Assembly: GCF_001194135.2 (NCBI RefSeq) | Contig: NC_068990.1 | Span: forward strand, 83,493,167 to 83,557,166 | Source: Octopus bimaculoides | Taxonomy: Eukaryota | DNA length: 64,000 nt | Direction of reading: 5' to 3' | In this document: positions 52,394-64,000 of the stretch, piece after piece | How positions within the stretch are numbered: the first letter of the stretch is position 1 | Layout of the letters: each line of letters starts with the position of its first letter | The notes under the pieces: generated by a model | Database searches by the model: none | Told to the model about the DNA's origin: nothing | The model's input: the letters and a program-made list of their open reading frames with translations, nothing else | Position numbers and translations under genes: made by a program

Positions 52394-53072
52394 TATAAAA
52401 TATATGTATAGATGTATATATACATTTATGCGTATACGCATGAGTATATAAATGCACATGCATACATACACACATACATACATACATACTCGTATACGAA
52501 TTTACACACTTATAATCGGATTTTGTATTTGCTTTGCAAGATGTTAAAACAGATATTGTTTTTACATTGGGAGGTTCATGTTATGAATAAAGTACACGCA
52601 CTGGTTTTATTTACCTTCATTTTTATTATCAATTAATCACATAATTAGCTATTTAAATCACTTGACTAATTAATTGATTTCTCAAAGTTCTTTCGTCGCC
52701 GCCTGTAATTTTATCGATGGCAATACGTCCCTCATGCATGTCCTTCATACTAGAATGAACTCCATGTTTTTATTGCTTAAATATTTATTGTCCACAGAGT
52801 GTAGGTGTATAGGCACTTACATAACATATAACTGGTTTTGAGGCCGTGCTTAATGTGGTGTTTTATGTGGTGAGGAGAAGCTTGTCGTGTTATATTTTTC
52901 ACACACACACACACATACTCACACACACACACATACACATCTGCTGCTGTCATCCTGTCCTACCAAATGACTTCTGGCTTTTGATTTCTTAAATTTCATC
53001 CATCCATGCGTGTCAGCATGCTGTTCCAGTTGACTTGATATCTGCCTCTCGCAGTTATCTATTTATCGTATC

Positions 53073-53277
53073 AGGACAATTACCCCCCGAGGACAATTAC
53101 TCCCCATCATACGACAATCCCCCCCCCCGCCCCCGACGACAACTACCCCCTAGGACAATTACCGCCTTGGTTAATTACTCCATCTCTAATATATTAACAA
53201 GTTTTAAATCATATGTTGTCCTCAAGGGTGATTGTCCTTAGGGGGTTATTGTCTATGGGCGGTAAATGTCCTAGACC
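53073..53277. mobile_element. Small foldback element built from GACAATTACCCCC sub-repeats
   Basis: Five left units (AGGACAATTACCCCCC-like) oppose about four right units (GGGGGTTATTGTC / GGGCGGTAAATGTCCT-like). Confidence 0.7.
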
Positions 53278-54396
53278 CCTATTTGAACCTTCATGCATAT
53301 GTACACACATCCACTCACTATATGTGCATGCATAACCTTATTATCATTATATTACGTATGTATGCGCATGCGTCGTAACTGCAACAATAATGAGCACGCA
53401 GTCAAGGTTGTAGTTCATTATATCGACTCCAGTAAGTATTTTTAAATCTAGCTTTTTAAAAAAATATCTATAAGCTGAACTGCTAAGTTAAGGTTACACA
53501 TACGCTTACACACGCGCACGTGTGCGCATGCACACACTCATACGTCCCCAACAGTTTCGTACAATTCCCATCAACATTTTTACTCACAAAGCACGTGTCG
53601 AACCAAAACTATCAAAATGCCACATAGTGGAACTGAACTCACAGCCTCGTGGATAAGAAGCAAAACCTCTTAACTACATAGTCACGCCTGCACCTGTGTT
53701 AAACACAAAAATCGAGATAATTATGAAACATTGATTGCACCGCTGGAGGGGAATATTGACTGAAAGACGTAAGCGGTCCAAATAAACTTAATGACTTAAG
53801 CGGTACCATCTGTTTGAGTAACCAAAATCTACACTTTTGCGAGGATCAATATTTAAAATCGAGGATATTCAGTAAGTATTGAATATCCAAGTTTTAGTCT
53901 TGATTGATCACAATAGAAAATACAATTTTATATGAATTCGTGGAAAGGTAGCGCACACATAAAACTTATGATCTCTGTCTGGTAATCGGAATATTCTAAA
54001 CTATCAAGAATGTAAAATAATGCCATCGATTTTAGCGCAGCTTTTCCAATGAAGCTATTTCATAAATAATAGCTTCCAGGTATTTCAGACTATGCGTTGC
54101 ATCAAACTCCGCCTGCTGGGACGATGAATATTTGTTTTATGGTGTGTTCAGTGACAAATTGGACTAGCTCAAATTTATTTATTCCCATTAAACTGCCGAG
54201 AAAGTGAATAATTTATTATAGGAGAGTTTGTCTGATTATACGTTTGTTCGCAGTTTAGAGTCTTCAATAAGTTTTTTTGTTTTTTTTTTGTCTTAATACA
54301 AATAAACTGAAGTACAAACGTTCTATCGATGTTGTTTTATTTTTAATGTAACCCATGAAACAAAGTTTTACTGCCAAAAATGTCAGTCGTACCTCT

Positions 54397-54428
<32 letters not shown>

Positions 54429-54775
54429 TGTACACATGTATACATACGTACATATTACATATGGGAATGGAATACACACATACATGCATATGTGTGTATG
54501 TATGTATGAATGTATGAGGTGAAGAGGCTATCAAAAAAATACCAACCAAGTTTATGCGATGCAAATAGAGATAAACAATGCTTGTTGCTTCAATAATATG
54601 TTTACTTGTGCTAAATTCATAAGCAAGGAGTGGTGAATCACTTTGGTGTAATGGTTAGCGCGTTGTAACTACTCCATTTATCCACTGATCACTTTCATTT
54701 CCGAATGCTCAAGCATTTCGCTTTATCAACTGCAACATTGATGCCATTGCATGAAGTCTAAGGTACCTTTTGTTT

Positions 54776-55150
54776 TTTTTTACATGTTTTAGTCATTAGA
54801 CTGCAGCCATGCTGGGACACCGCTCTGAAGAATTTTTAGTTGAATGGATCGATCCTAGTAGTTTTATTCTTTTAAATACTGGTATTTATTCCATCGGTGT
54901 TTTTTTTTTTTTTGTTTTACCGAACCGTTCAGTTACGGGGATGGAAAACACCAACACCGGCTATAATCAGTGGTGAGACACACACACACACACACACACA
55001 CACACGACGGGCTTCTTTTATTTTCCGTCCACCAAATTCACTCATAAGGCTTTTGTCGGCCCCTTGCTATAGTAGAAGACACTTTCCCAATGTAGAATTG
55101 AATCCAGAACCATGTGGTTGGGAAGCAAACTTCTTACCACACAACCACAC
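54776..55150 (-). mobile_element. SINE family 2, diverged full-length copy
   Basis: Tail, (CA)n middle, CORE-like region and head, all in reverse. Confidence 0.82.
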
Positions 55151-56063
55151 CCATTTTTATTTTTATTTNNNNNNNNNNNNNNNNNNNNNNNNNNNNNNNN
55201 NNNNNNNNNNNNNNNNNNNNNNNNNNNNNNNNNNNNNNNNNNNNNNNNNNNNNNNNNNNNNNNNNNNNNNNNNNNNNNNNNNNNNNNNNNNNNNNNNNNN
55301 NNNNNNNNNNNNNNNNNNNNNNNNNNNNNNNNNNNNNNNNNNNNNNNNNNNNNNNNNNNNNNNNNNNNNNNNNNNNNNNNNNNNNNNNNNNNNNNNNNNN
55401 NNNNNNNNNNNNNNNNNNNNNNNNNNNNNNNNNNNNNNNNNNNNNNNNNNNNNNNNNNNNNNNNNNNNNNNNNNNNNNNNNNNNNNNNNNNNNNNNNNNN
55501 NNNNNNNNNNNNNNNNNNNNNNNNNNNNNNNNNNNNNNNNNNNNNNNNNNNNNNNNNNNNNNNNNNNNNNNNNNNNNNNNNNNNNNNNNNNNNNNNNNNN
55601 NNNNNNNNNNNNNNNNNNNNNNNNNNNNNNNNNNNNNNNNNNNNNNNNNNNNNNNNNNNNNNNNNNNNNNNNNNNNNNNNNNNNNNNNNNNNNNNNNNNN
55701 NNNNNNNNNNNNNNNNNNNNNNNNNNNNNNNNNNNNNNNNNNNNNNNNNNNNNNNNNNNNNNNNNNNNNNNNNNNNNNNNNNNNNNNNNNNNNNNNNNNN
55801 NNNNNNNNNNNNNNNNNNNNNNNNNNNNNNNNNNNNNNNNNNNNNNNNNNNNNNNNNNNNNNNNNNNNNNNNNNNNNNNNNNNNNNNNNNNNNNNNNNNN
55901 NNNNNNNNNNNNNNNNNNNNNNNNNNNNNNNNNNNNNNNNNNNNNNNNNNNNNNNNNNNNNNNNNNNNNNNNNNNNNNNNNNNNNNNNNNNNNNNNNNNN
56001 NNNNNNNNNNNNNNNNNNNNNNNNNNNNNNNNNNNNNNNNNNNNNNNNNNNNNNNNNNNNNNN

Positions 56064-56109
<46 letters not shown>

Positions 56110-57229
56110 TTATAAGCACGGAACATATATATATATATATATATATATGCATATCCTTATGCGGCGCACGTGTGTGCGCGCGTATGTGTTTATGTGAGCA
56201 AGTGTTAGCGCATAGGTGCATTGTAATCGACTTCACCTTTATGCTGTATTGTACTATATTTACTCTGAAATATCAAGACCGACGGAATTTCCTCAACAAT
56301 GAGACGGTAGCATCGATTTTGAAATTTTACCAATACTAGAAGCCTACTCAACTGAGAGATATCGTACTTGAAATATCGATCGTAAAAATTCGCTTGGTTC
56401 AACTTTTATATGGGGAAAAGGATATATAATTGAATCATATTATTAGAATGTTTTAAAATGAAATAATGAAATCTTTACTGCGAAACGGAATCTGCTGGAC
56501 AGAAAGAAAAAAACAAAAACAAAATTGAAGGAAATCAATAAAAATATATACACTTATATTACTGAAATAAATGTCACAAGAACTATAATGTTTCCTATTA
56601 AGGAATAAAATGTTTGTTTTGTCATCTAAACTTTTGTAAGACACAAATGTTTAACATTTTGGCAACCAGATTAAAATGGGATGTTATTTATAGTTTTCTA
56701 TCGATTTCTTTTCGGATATGTATTTTTATGTACACCCCCCCCCCCNNNNNNNNNNNNNNNNNNNNNNNNNNNNNNNNNNNNNNNNNNNNNNNNNNNNNNN
56801 NNNNNNNNNNNNNNNNNNNNNNNNNNNNNNNNNNNNNNNNNNNNNNNNNNNNNNNNNNNNNNNNNNNNNNNNNNNNNNNNNNNNNNNNNNNNNNNNNNNN
56901 NNNNNNNNNNNNNNNNNNNNNNNNNNNNNNNNNNNNNNNNNNNNNNNNNNNNNNNNNNNNNNNNNNNNNNNNNNNNNNNNNNNNNNNNNNNNNNNNNNNN
57001 NNNNNNNNNNNNNNNNNNNNNNNNNNNNNNNNNNNNNNNNNNNNNNNNNNNNNNNNNNNNNNNNNNNNNNNNNNNNNNNNNNNNNNNNNNNNNNNNNNNN
57101 NNNNNNNNNNNNNNNNNNNNNNNNNNNNNNNNNNNNNNNNNNNNNNNNNNNNNNNNNNNNNNNNNNNNNNNNNNNNNNNNNNNNNNNNNNNNNNNNNNNN
57201 NNNNNNNNNNNNNNNNNNNNNNNNNNNNN

Positions 57230-57392
57230 CATATATACGACGGGCTTCTTTCAGTTTCCGTCTACCAAATCCACTCAATGCTTTGGTCGGCCCGAGGCTA
57301 TAGTAGAAGACACTTGCCCAAAGTGCCACGCAGTGGGAATGAACCCGGAACCATGTGGTTGGTAAGCTACTTACCACACAGCCACTCCTGCG
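57230..57392 (-). mobile_element. SINE family 2, 5' part
   Basis: Reverse complement of the head and CORE-like region, next to a gap. Confidence 0.85.
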
Positions 57393-58049
57393 CCTATAGA
57401 CGAGCCATAGTGATAGAAGCAATTCCTGAAGAAAATTAGTTGGTTATATCGATCCCATTGCTCAGCTGTTACTTATTTTATCGATCTCGAAAGGATGAAA
57501 AGCAAAGTCGACTTCGGCGCAATTCGAGCTCATCTATTTTCAACATTGGTACTATAAGCCAAACCCACACTGACTTCATAAATAAGGTTGACATAATCGG
57601 ATAGAGATAAGCTAATCTTGTGACAGCACCAGGAAAGCACGAATGCCACAAATATCAAAAAAGCATCATAGTTTGACCTTCCTCTAATCACGAACAACAT
57701 TCAGCTTGTCATTCTATTCGTTGGTTTTACCATCGCCGAGAGTCTCTGCAAGCAGAAGCACATTCTTCACGTATCTAGACTTGCTTCGCAACGACTGGCC
57801 CCTTCTCTGCATGACCACAAGATAATTCATTCCCCTCCAGTTATTGATAGTTGTCAAAGCACAGTGGAAGACAAATAAACATCTGAGACGGAAGTGCAGT
57901 TGCACATGCAAGCATCCAAGACTGCATCCCGAAGAGAACTGTCTACCTGTTCGGCCTGTCGTCACGTTCCAACCTCTGTTATACAGGCGAGGTCTTTCCT
58001 CTCCCCACATTTTCTACTGCTACTATAATGACACGTTTTGTCTTTGAGT

Positions 58050-58290
58050 AAGACACTTTAATTCACGTTGCCCCAATCCACGCAACTGGCAAAAATTAAT
58101 AGTAGCTGTATTTCAAAGGGCCAGTCTTGTCACATTCTGTGTCAAGCTGAATCTCTCTGAGGACCTACGTTAAGGGTACATATGTCTATGGAGTACTCAG
58201 CCACATGCACGTTAATTTCACAAGCAAGCTGTTCCATTGATCGGATCAGCTGGAACCCTTGTTGTCGTAAGTGATGGAGTGTCAGTGCCA
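58050..58290 (+). mobile_element. SINE family 3, headless partial copy
   Basis: TATTTCAAAGGGCCA..CTTGTCACA..CTACGTTAAGGGTACA..CTCAGCCAC..GCACGTTAATTTCAC is shared with 51595-51771. Confidence 0.8.
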
Positions 58291-58420
58291 GGTTTTTTTT
58301 TAAAGAAAGGTTATCGTCTTTGTTTAAAAGCAAATGAGCGACTGTTTAGCATAAGGTAAAGCGCAGTTCAATTAAACCGGTAAATAATACATGGATTAAT
58401 ATTACATCTGTCGTGGCCTT

Positions 58421-58463
58421 AGAGATTATCTGAGGGTCGCGGGTTCGAGTCCCTCTGTGGGCG
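58421..58463 (+). pseudogene. tRNA-Lys-like 3' half (duplicated at ~58805-58847)
   Basis: ATCTGAGGGTCGCGGGTTCGAGTCCCTCTGTGGGCG resembles the metazoan tRNA-Lys(UUU) 3' half AATCTGAGGGTCCAGGGTTCAAGTCCCTGTTCGGGCG. The 5' half is missing. Confidence 0.5.
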
Positions 58464-58476
58464 TATATTCGTTTAA

Positions 58477-59046
58477 GGCGGCGAGCTGGCAGAAACGTTA
58501 GTACACCAGGCGAAATGCTGAGTTCAATTTCCGCCGGGGTCGACTTTGCCTTTCATCCTTTCGGGGTCGATTAAATAAGAACCAGTTACGCACTGGGGTC
58601 GATATAATCGACTTAATCCGTTTGTCTGTCCTTGTTTCTCCCCTCTGTGTGTAGCCCCTTGTGGGCAGTAAAGAAATAAGAAACGTTAGCATGCCGGGCG
58701 AAATGCTTAGCGGTACTTCGTCTGCCGCTACGTTCTGAGTTCAAATTCCGCCGAGGTCGACTTTGCCTTNNNNNNNNNNTTAATATTACATCTGTCGTGG
58801 CCTTAGAGATTATCTGAGGGTCGCGGGTTCGAGTCCCTCTGTGGGCGTATATTCGTTTAAGGCGGCGAGCTGGCAGAAACGTTAGTACACCAGGCGAAAT
58901 GCTGAGTTCAATTTCCGCCGGGGTCGACTTTGCCTTTCATCCTTTCGGGGTCGATAAAATTAAGTACCAGTTGCGTACTGTGGTCGATCTAATCGACTGG
59001 CCCTCTCTCACAAAATTTCGGGCCTTGTGCCAAGAGTAGAAAAGAA
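58477..59046 (+). mobile_element. SINE family 1 dimer and monomer on either side of a 10-N gap
   Basis: 58477-58769 is a dimer; 58861-59046 is a tail-B monomer. Both heads carry the same private deletion. Confidence 0.88.
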
Positions 59047-60149
59047 TATTACATCAGTCGTGACATGACAGAAAACTGAGATCATTTATCACAGGTCGTG
59101 GAACTGTCAAAAGAAATTTTGAAATAAATCAAGGCCAGTAGACATTCTGCCCCCCCCCCAAAAAAAAAAAATAGCAGATCCTTCGATTGGTTACATGGAA
59201 AGCTATTAGAATGTAAAATATGAATGTTACAATCAGTTCAATACACAGCTCACAGCAAGATTTTATGTAATATCAATAAGCCACTAAATAAAACAACGAT
59301 TATTGAAACGAGTCGATAAGAAACTTATTGATTTGATGCTATATGTAATCGATCAAGCTGCTAAAGAACACCTAGGATAATTTTAAGCTCCCTGCTTTTG
59401 GACAATTAGTGTTCTACAATATTATGGTGCAATTGTTAGTTGCCAACAGATAGAAGTAACAGAATTCGATTGCAATAACGCAAAATGGATTATCTCTCTT
59501 CTCTTCAAATCATTAATAAATAACAGAAAAATGTCGGACAATTGAATATAGCAAAATAAATGATGTAAGTCAATTGAACGTAGGACTACCATACGTAAGT
59601 TTACGTTAAAACCAGACGCTAGACATTGCATCATGAAAGGACATAACCCTCAATCTTTTAAATACTCCTCAAGTATGTGGTATAATTCATGTGGAGGCGC
59701 AGGATTTAGGACGTGAATACAGAGCAGGCCGCGATACTCAATAGTTAAATGAGCTACGGAGGAGTATTATGCATATGTCTCTTCTAATGCATATGGTAAT
59801 ATTAGTGAAATTTTTAATACAGTGGTTAGAAAATTACTGAACAGAAAAATAACCTTTGGGCGTGGGATGGACTTGATAGTCGCACACTTTATCCAGGGGA
59901 ACTCTTGTCAACCTTTTCAAAAACAATGGACGCTGAAATCGATGTAACAAATAGCCTGACAGATGTACGATTAAGGTCCAGACAACAGAAAAAAAAGAAC
60001 ATCAATATCCCCATAGTATGTTTAAGCGTTATGCATAAACTATACAAGCATACACAGGCCTGTTGCGATATCTCCAGCATTTCCTTTTGTCAGATTCGTT
60101 TCTTCATAGCTAGTATCTTTGACCGAACTGCGGTCTAGGTGAAGCAAAA

Positions 60150-60420
60150 ATTGAGACAAGGTGTTTGGCACCTGGAAAGTCTTCAAGCCCTCAGTTCTCT
60201 ACCAGCTGGGAAATGCTACCGGAAGAATTATTGTTGACCAAAAACGATAATGTTCTTGGAGAAATTCTGGCATCGATGAAAATCAACTGGATGGTCTATT
60301 ACTGTGGACTTTTGAGTAGGGACCTAATGGATAATTTCCAAATTTTCCTTGTTTCACAGTGCTTTGGAACTTGGAGATAAACTGTACAGACACAGAAGTG
60401 CTCCTAGCCGGGTCCTTTCG
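60150..60420 (-). pseudogene. Possible decayed APE-endonuclease fragment of a CR1/Jockey-group LINE
   Basis: The minus frame gives CLYSLSPSS..NIIVFG..HFPAGREL, loosely like CxYRSP..NIxVxGDFNxHH..AGR; several stops. Confidence 0.3.
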
Positions 60421-61078
60421 GGAGGTACACAGGGAAACGAAACCGTTCTGAAGGCATTCGTTCTGTATCATAGGGTTACTGACTTGTGGAATTATGTCGA
60501 ATAGCTGATATCATGTGTAAGGAGTTATCAAGCTGAATTTATTGTGATGGCAGTCCCTCAGCCTTCCTTTCATCAGGAGGGAGAGGTAGTTTTGTTAATC
60601 TGTCTGGTGACTTTGGTGAAAGAGGTTGTGTGGTGAATAAGAATGAAATGGAAGAAGACAGGCATTTTCCTTCAGGGCGAAGCTTTCATCAACTTTCTCA
60701 AGTCTCACTTGAAAAGGAAGTTGAGAGTTAAAATGGAAGTACTGTCAGCCAGCAAATTTGTTCAATGATGAACGAAAGAGACGAGCATGGTCTGTGTTAA
60801 CGGGCCAACTCTGAGCATGCGTATATAGACTTACGAAGGACAACTTGGAGTGAAATTGTAGCGGTTCCATAAGTTGCTTTTGGGGGTCTCCCCAATATTA
60901 GGAAATTTTTCGTTTGAATCTTTGCTTTGTCTTTCTTTTTGTGATTTATTTCGTTTACATTGGTTTTTAGTGCAATTTCTCATTCTTTCGTCCTCTATCG
61001 TTCACGATCTTTTTGTGAACACTTGTGGTTGTTGTTGTTGTTGCTGTTCTCCTCCTTCTTCTTCATCTTCTTCTTTTT

Positions 61079-61141
<63 letters not shown>

Positions 61142-61288
61142 GTTATCCATTTTCCTTGCTGTTATTGCTGCTATCATAAAAATTTATGACGAGGTTGTCA
61201 CATCAAAGAAAGCGCAAATGTCCTCTTAACCCCGTTCTTTGAATTTGAAAAGACGACTGCTTTGTTCATACTATCAGATAAAAGTTAT

Positions 61289-61334
<46 letters not shown>

Positions 61335-61366
61335 TACATACATACATACATACATACATACATACA

Positions 61367-61400
<34 letters not shown>

Positions 61401-61699
61401 CATAGGCAATGTGCCTGTGTGTATGTATATCTTTCGAGAGAACAAAAGATAAATATTGAAATCCTAAAATCTTTTATCTTCGTTTTAAACAAGATAAGAC
61501 AAAACCGTGAATTGATATTCTTTTGTGTATAACAAGATGTATATAATTAAACAAGACAAGTGGCATCACACCTTCATCAGGTAGTCAGAAAATGGAACCT
61601 GCCAAATTGTGAAAATGAGATAATCTTCTTTAAAAGATAGTCTTCATGTTAGAAGTTTTGTAAATTTCTTTTTGTGTGAGTGGGAGTATCGCATGTCCT

Positions 61700-62640
61700 T
61701 GTGAATTTCAGGTTACCACCCACCACTCCTCTCTAATCACCTTCATCTACTATAAACCCAAAGACTCAAACTTTCATCCCAATATCTCTGCCTCCCATCG
61801 TACGCACACCAAACGGTCCATTCCTTACTCTCATTTCCTCCGCCTCTGCCAGCTCTGTAGTGACGACCACAACTTCGAAAGACAGTCCCAATTCATGGCT
61901 CGCCAGTTCACCGACAGAGATATCTCCATCACCGTCATCCAGTACCCCTCACCCGTGCCTCAAAGTCATGGCTTGCCAGTTCGCCCAACAGTGCTACCCC
62001 CATCACCGCCATCCAAACCGTCCTCACCCCGATGTATCGACGTACATCCACTCTCTCCCGCCCTACCCTTACCTATTAACCCTCTACCTTACACCTCCAA
62101 CGCACTATTCTACGTGCTTTCCCCGACCCCATCTGACGTCCCAAATTTTACTTAACCCTTCCTTCTGCTTCAAACGTGCCCATATCCAACATAATCTTGT
62201 GGTCTGTAGCTTCTTCCCAATTCCTGACTCCCAACCGAGCCCCTTCACTTGTACTTTCTCACGCTGTCCCTACCTGCTCCTACCTCTCCAACACCACTAC
62301 TTTCACAGATAAACCCCCTGCCCCAACCATTCACCTGCACTTCCAGCAATTTAATCTATTGCATTCTCTGCTCTCTGTTACTCACTGTACAGTGGTGTAA
62401 CTGACCGGTATTTAGCTGACCTGTTTACCGAACATCTCCAGCACATCAGACTCGACAACGACAATCCGGTCTCGCGCTGCTTCCGCTTCACCGGTCATTC
62501 CCTGCGACATCTGTCTGTGTTCGGATTTTCCTTCTACAGTGGTCACCCGGAGACCCGCCTCCATCGAGAGCAGAAATCTATTTTCTTTCTCCACTCCTCA
62601 GTCCTTTATGACCTCAGTTATTCGCCTCACTTCATCTTAA
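61700..62640 (+). pseudogene. Penelope-like element: RT C-terminus plus GIY-YIG endonuclease, frameshifted
   Basis: YYKPKDS..SHRTHTKRSIPYSHFLRLCQLCSDD..F; PTCSYL..TTTFT; LIYCILC; LYSGVTDRYLADLFTEHL; RLHREQKSIFFL. Confidence 0.88.
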
Positions 62641-62689
62641 CCCACCTCCATACACCTTCCACATTTCACAACCCCTCTCACTCAATAAT

Positions 62690-62705
62690 AATAATAATAA
62701 TGATA

Positions 62706-62743
<38 letters not shown>

Positions 62744-62775
62744 AATTTCAAATTTTGGAACAAGGCTAGTAATTT

Positions 62776-62813
<38 letters not shown>

Positions 62814-62834
62814 CTAGAGAGAGAGAGAGAGAGC

Positions 62835-62921
<87 letters not shown>

Positions 62922-62950
62922 AGAGAGAGAGAGCTAGAGAGAGACAGAGA
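62690..62950. repeat. (AAT)(GAT)n and (GA)n microsatellites
   Basis: Direct arrays. Confidence 0.95.
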
Positions 62951-62957
62951 CAGAGTC

Positions 62958-63124
62958 AGTCGATTGTCTCGACTCCAGTGTTCATCTGGTACTTATTTTA
63001 CTGACCCCCAAAGGGTGAAAGGCAAAGTCAGCCTCAGCAGAATTTGAACTCAGAACGTAAAGGTGGACGAAATGCCGGTAAGCATTTTCCCCAGCGTGCT
63101 AACGACCCTGCCAGCTCACCGCTT
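62958..63124 (-). mobile_element. SINE family 1, diverged copy
   Basis: Reverse complement of central domain and head. Confidence 0.8.
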
Positions 63125-63546
63125 TCTATAACGATAACAAAAACCGTTCGTAGCTATTGACTCGGCAGCATTACTGCCGGCGATTTCCTGCCAGAAGCTG
63201 GATGTAATACAAAAACAATATGAAAATAAAATAGCTGAATGTCTTTTCTCTCAACGAATGATTTCTATGGCTTTATTTTGATATCCTTATTTGAATGCTT
63301 CAACAAAGAGCTCTAACTTCCATGTTTGAAACCGGTCGAAAAATAGGAAATGTTAATTTCATTGTAAAATTGATTAATTCAATTTTTGATGACGTAAATT
63401 GAGTTCCGTTATTGGATATTATTGTTTCACGCTGTCCTTTCAATGGAAAAAAAAAATTACGGAGTTTATTTAATGCTTTATTAGAAATTGTTGGTGTTTT
63501 CGATGCAACACAAGAACATTTTTAGAACGATTCAGTGACAGCATAC

Positions 63547-63644
63547 CGTATTTTATTGCACTCTGGTCAGGCGTCGACGAAATGTATTCGATGCCGTCGT
63601 TCAGAAAGAAGTCTTTTGGCCTTTCGTTATATTCTTTACCAAGT
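63547..63644 (-). CDS. Candidate internal coding exon (xLGKEYNERPKDFFLNDGIEYISSTPDQSAIKYx), unknown host gene
   Basis: Acceptor tcagttcttaacAG, 98-nt open frame (phase 2 to 1), donor ACG|GTATGC; unique sequence with protein-like composition. Confidence 0.45.
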
Positions 63645-63734
63645 CTGTTAAGAACTGATTGACGTGCAGGTCATTAATTTGACTACTACATCTATATTTA
63701 TATCGGACTGCATTTTCGGGAGAGAGTATAAATC

Positions 63735-63902
63735 AATTATATCAAAGCCAGTGTTGAACTGGTTCATTTTTTATCGACCCTGAAAGGACGAAAGGCAAAC
63801 TCGACCTCAGCGGAATTTGAACTCAGAACTTAAAGGACGGACAAAATTTCGCTAAGCATTTTTGCCCGACGTGCTAACGATTCTGCCATCTCACTTCCTT
63901 AA
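63735..63902 (-). mobile_element. SINE family 1, diverged copy
   Basis: Reverse complement of central domain and head. Confidence 0.8.
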
Positions 63903-64000
63903 TAACAGCGATACAGTGAACGTTTTTAACCAATTTTATTCTGAATTTTTTGGAGCCCATTTCAGAAAAGGTGACAACAGGTTCTAAATATTGTACTGGT

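Noticed and set aside
5994-57439. Dozens of ORFs containing long X runs
   Set aside because: They stay open only because N-gaps contain no stop codons.
57675-58010. Open frames on both strands in a GC-richer unique island
   Set aside because: No recognisable domain, weak splice signals and ambiguous strand.

Overview
Eukaryotic, AT-rich, gap-ridden draft-assembly DNA with no prokaryotic features: no operons, CRISPR arrays or rRNA. The very dense (CA)n/(TA)n/(TACA)n/(TCTA)n/(CT)n/(AAT)n microsatellites and the tRNA-derived SINE families point to an octopus genome (inference, no database check). Almost all entries in the ORF track are artefacts of microsatellites and N-gaps. The recognisable coding sequence is transposon-derived: an open mariner transposase 5' half running into a gap, several decayed R4/Dong-clade (restriction-like endonuclease) non-LTR fragments, and Penelope-like RT/GIY-YIG remnants with hammerhead-ribozyme-like motifs. 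The window also holds more than 20 SINE copies of at least 3 families, two Merlin-like MITEs with perfect TIRs and 8-bp TSDs, and Tc1/mariner and hAT MITE pieces. No host gene can be named. A few short, phase-compatible minus-strand exon candidates may belong to one large intron-rich gene (low confidence). The most notable structures are a twin-priming-like inversion in an R4/Dong element, SINE dimers with a fixed junction plus an apparent dimer/monomer allele pair, a foldback MITE with a telomere-like core, and a Penelope-type hammerhead motif. I found no evidence for a wholly new biological system.
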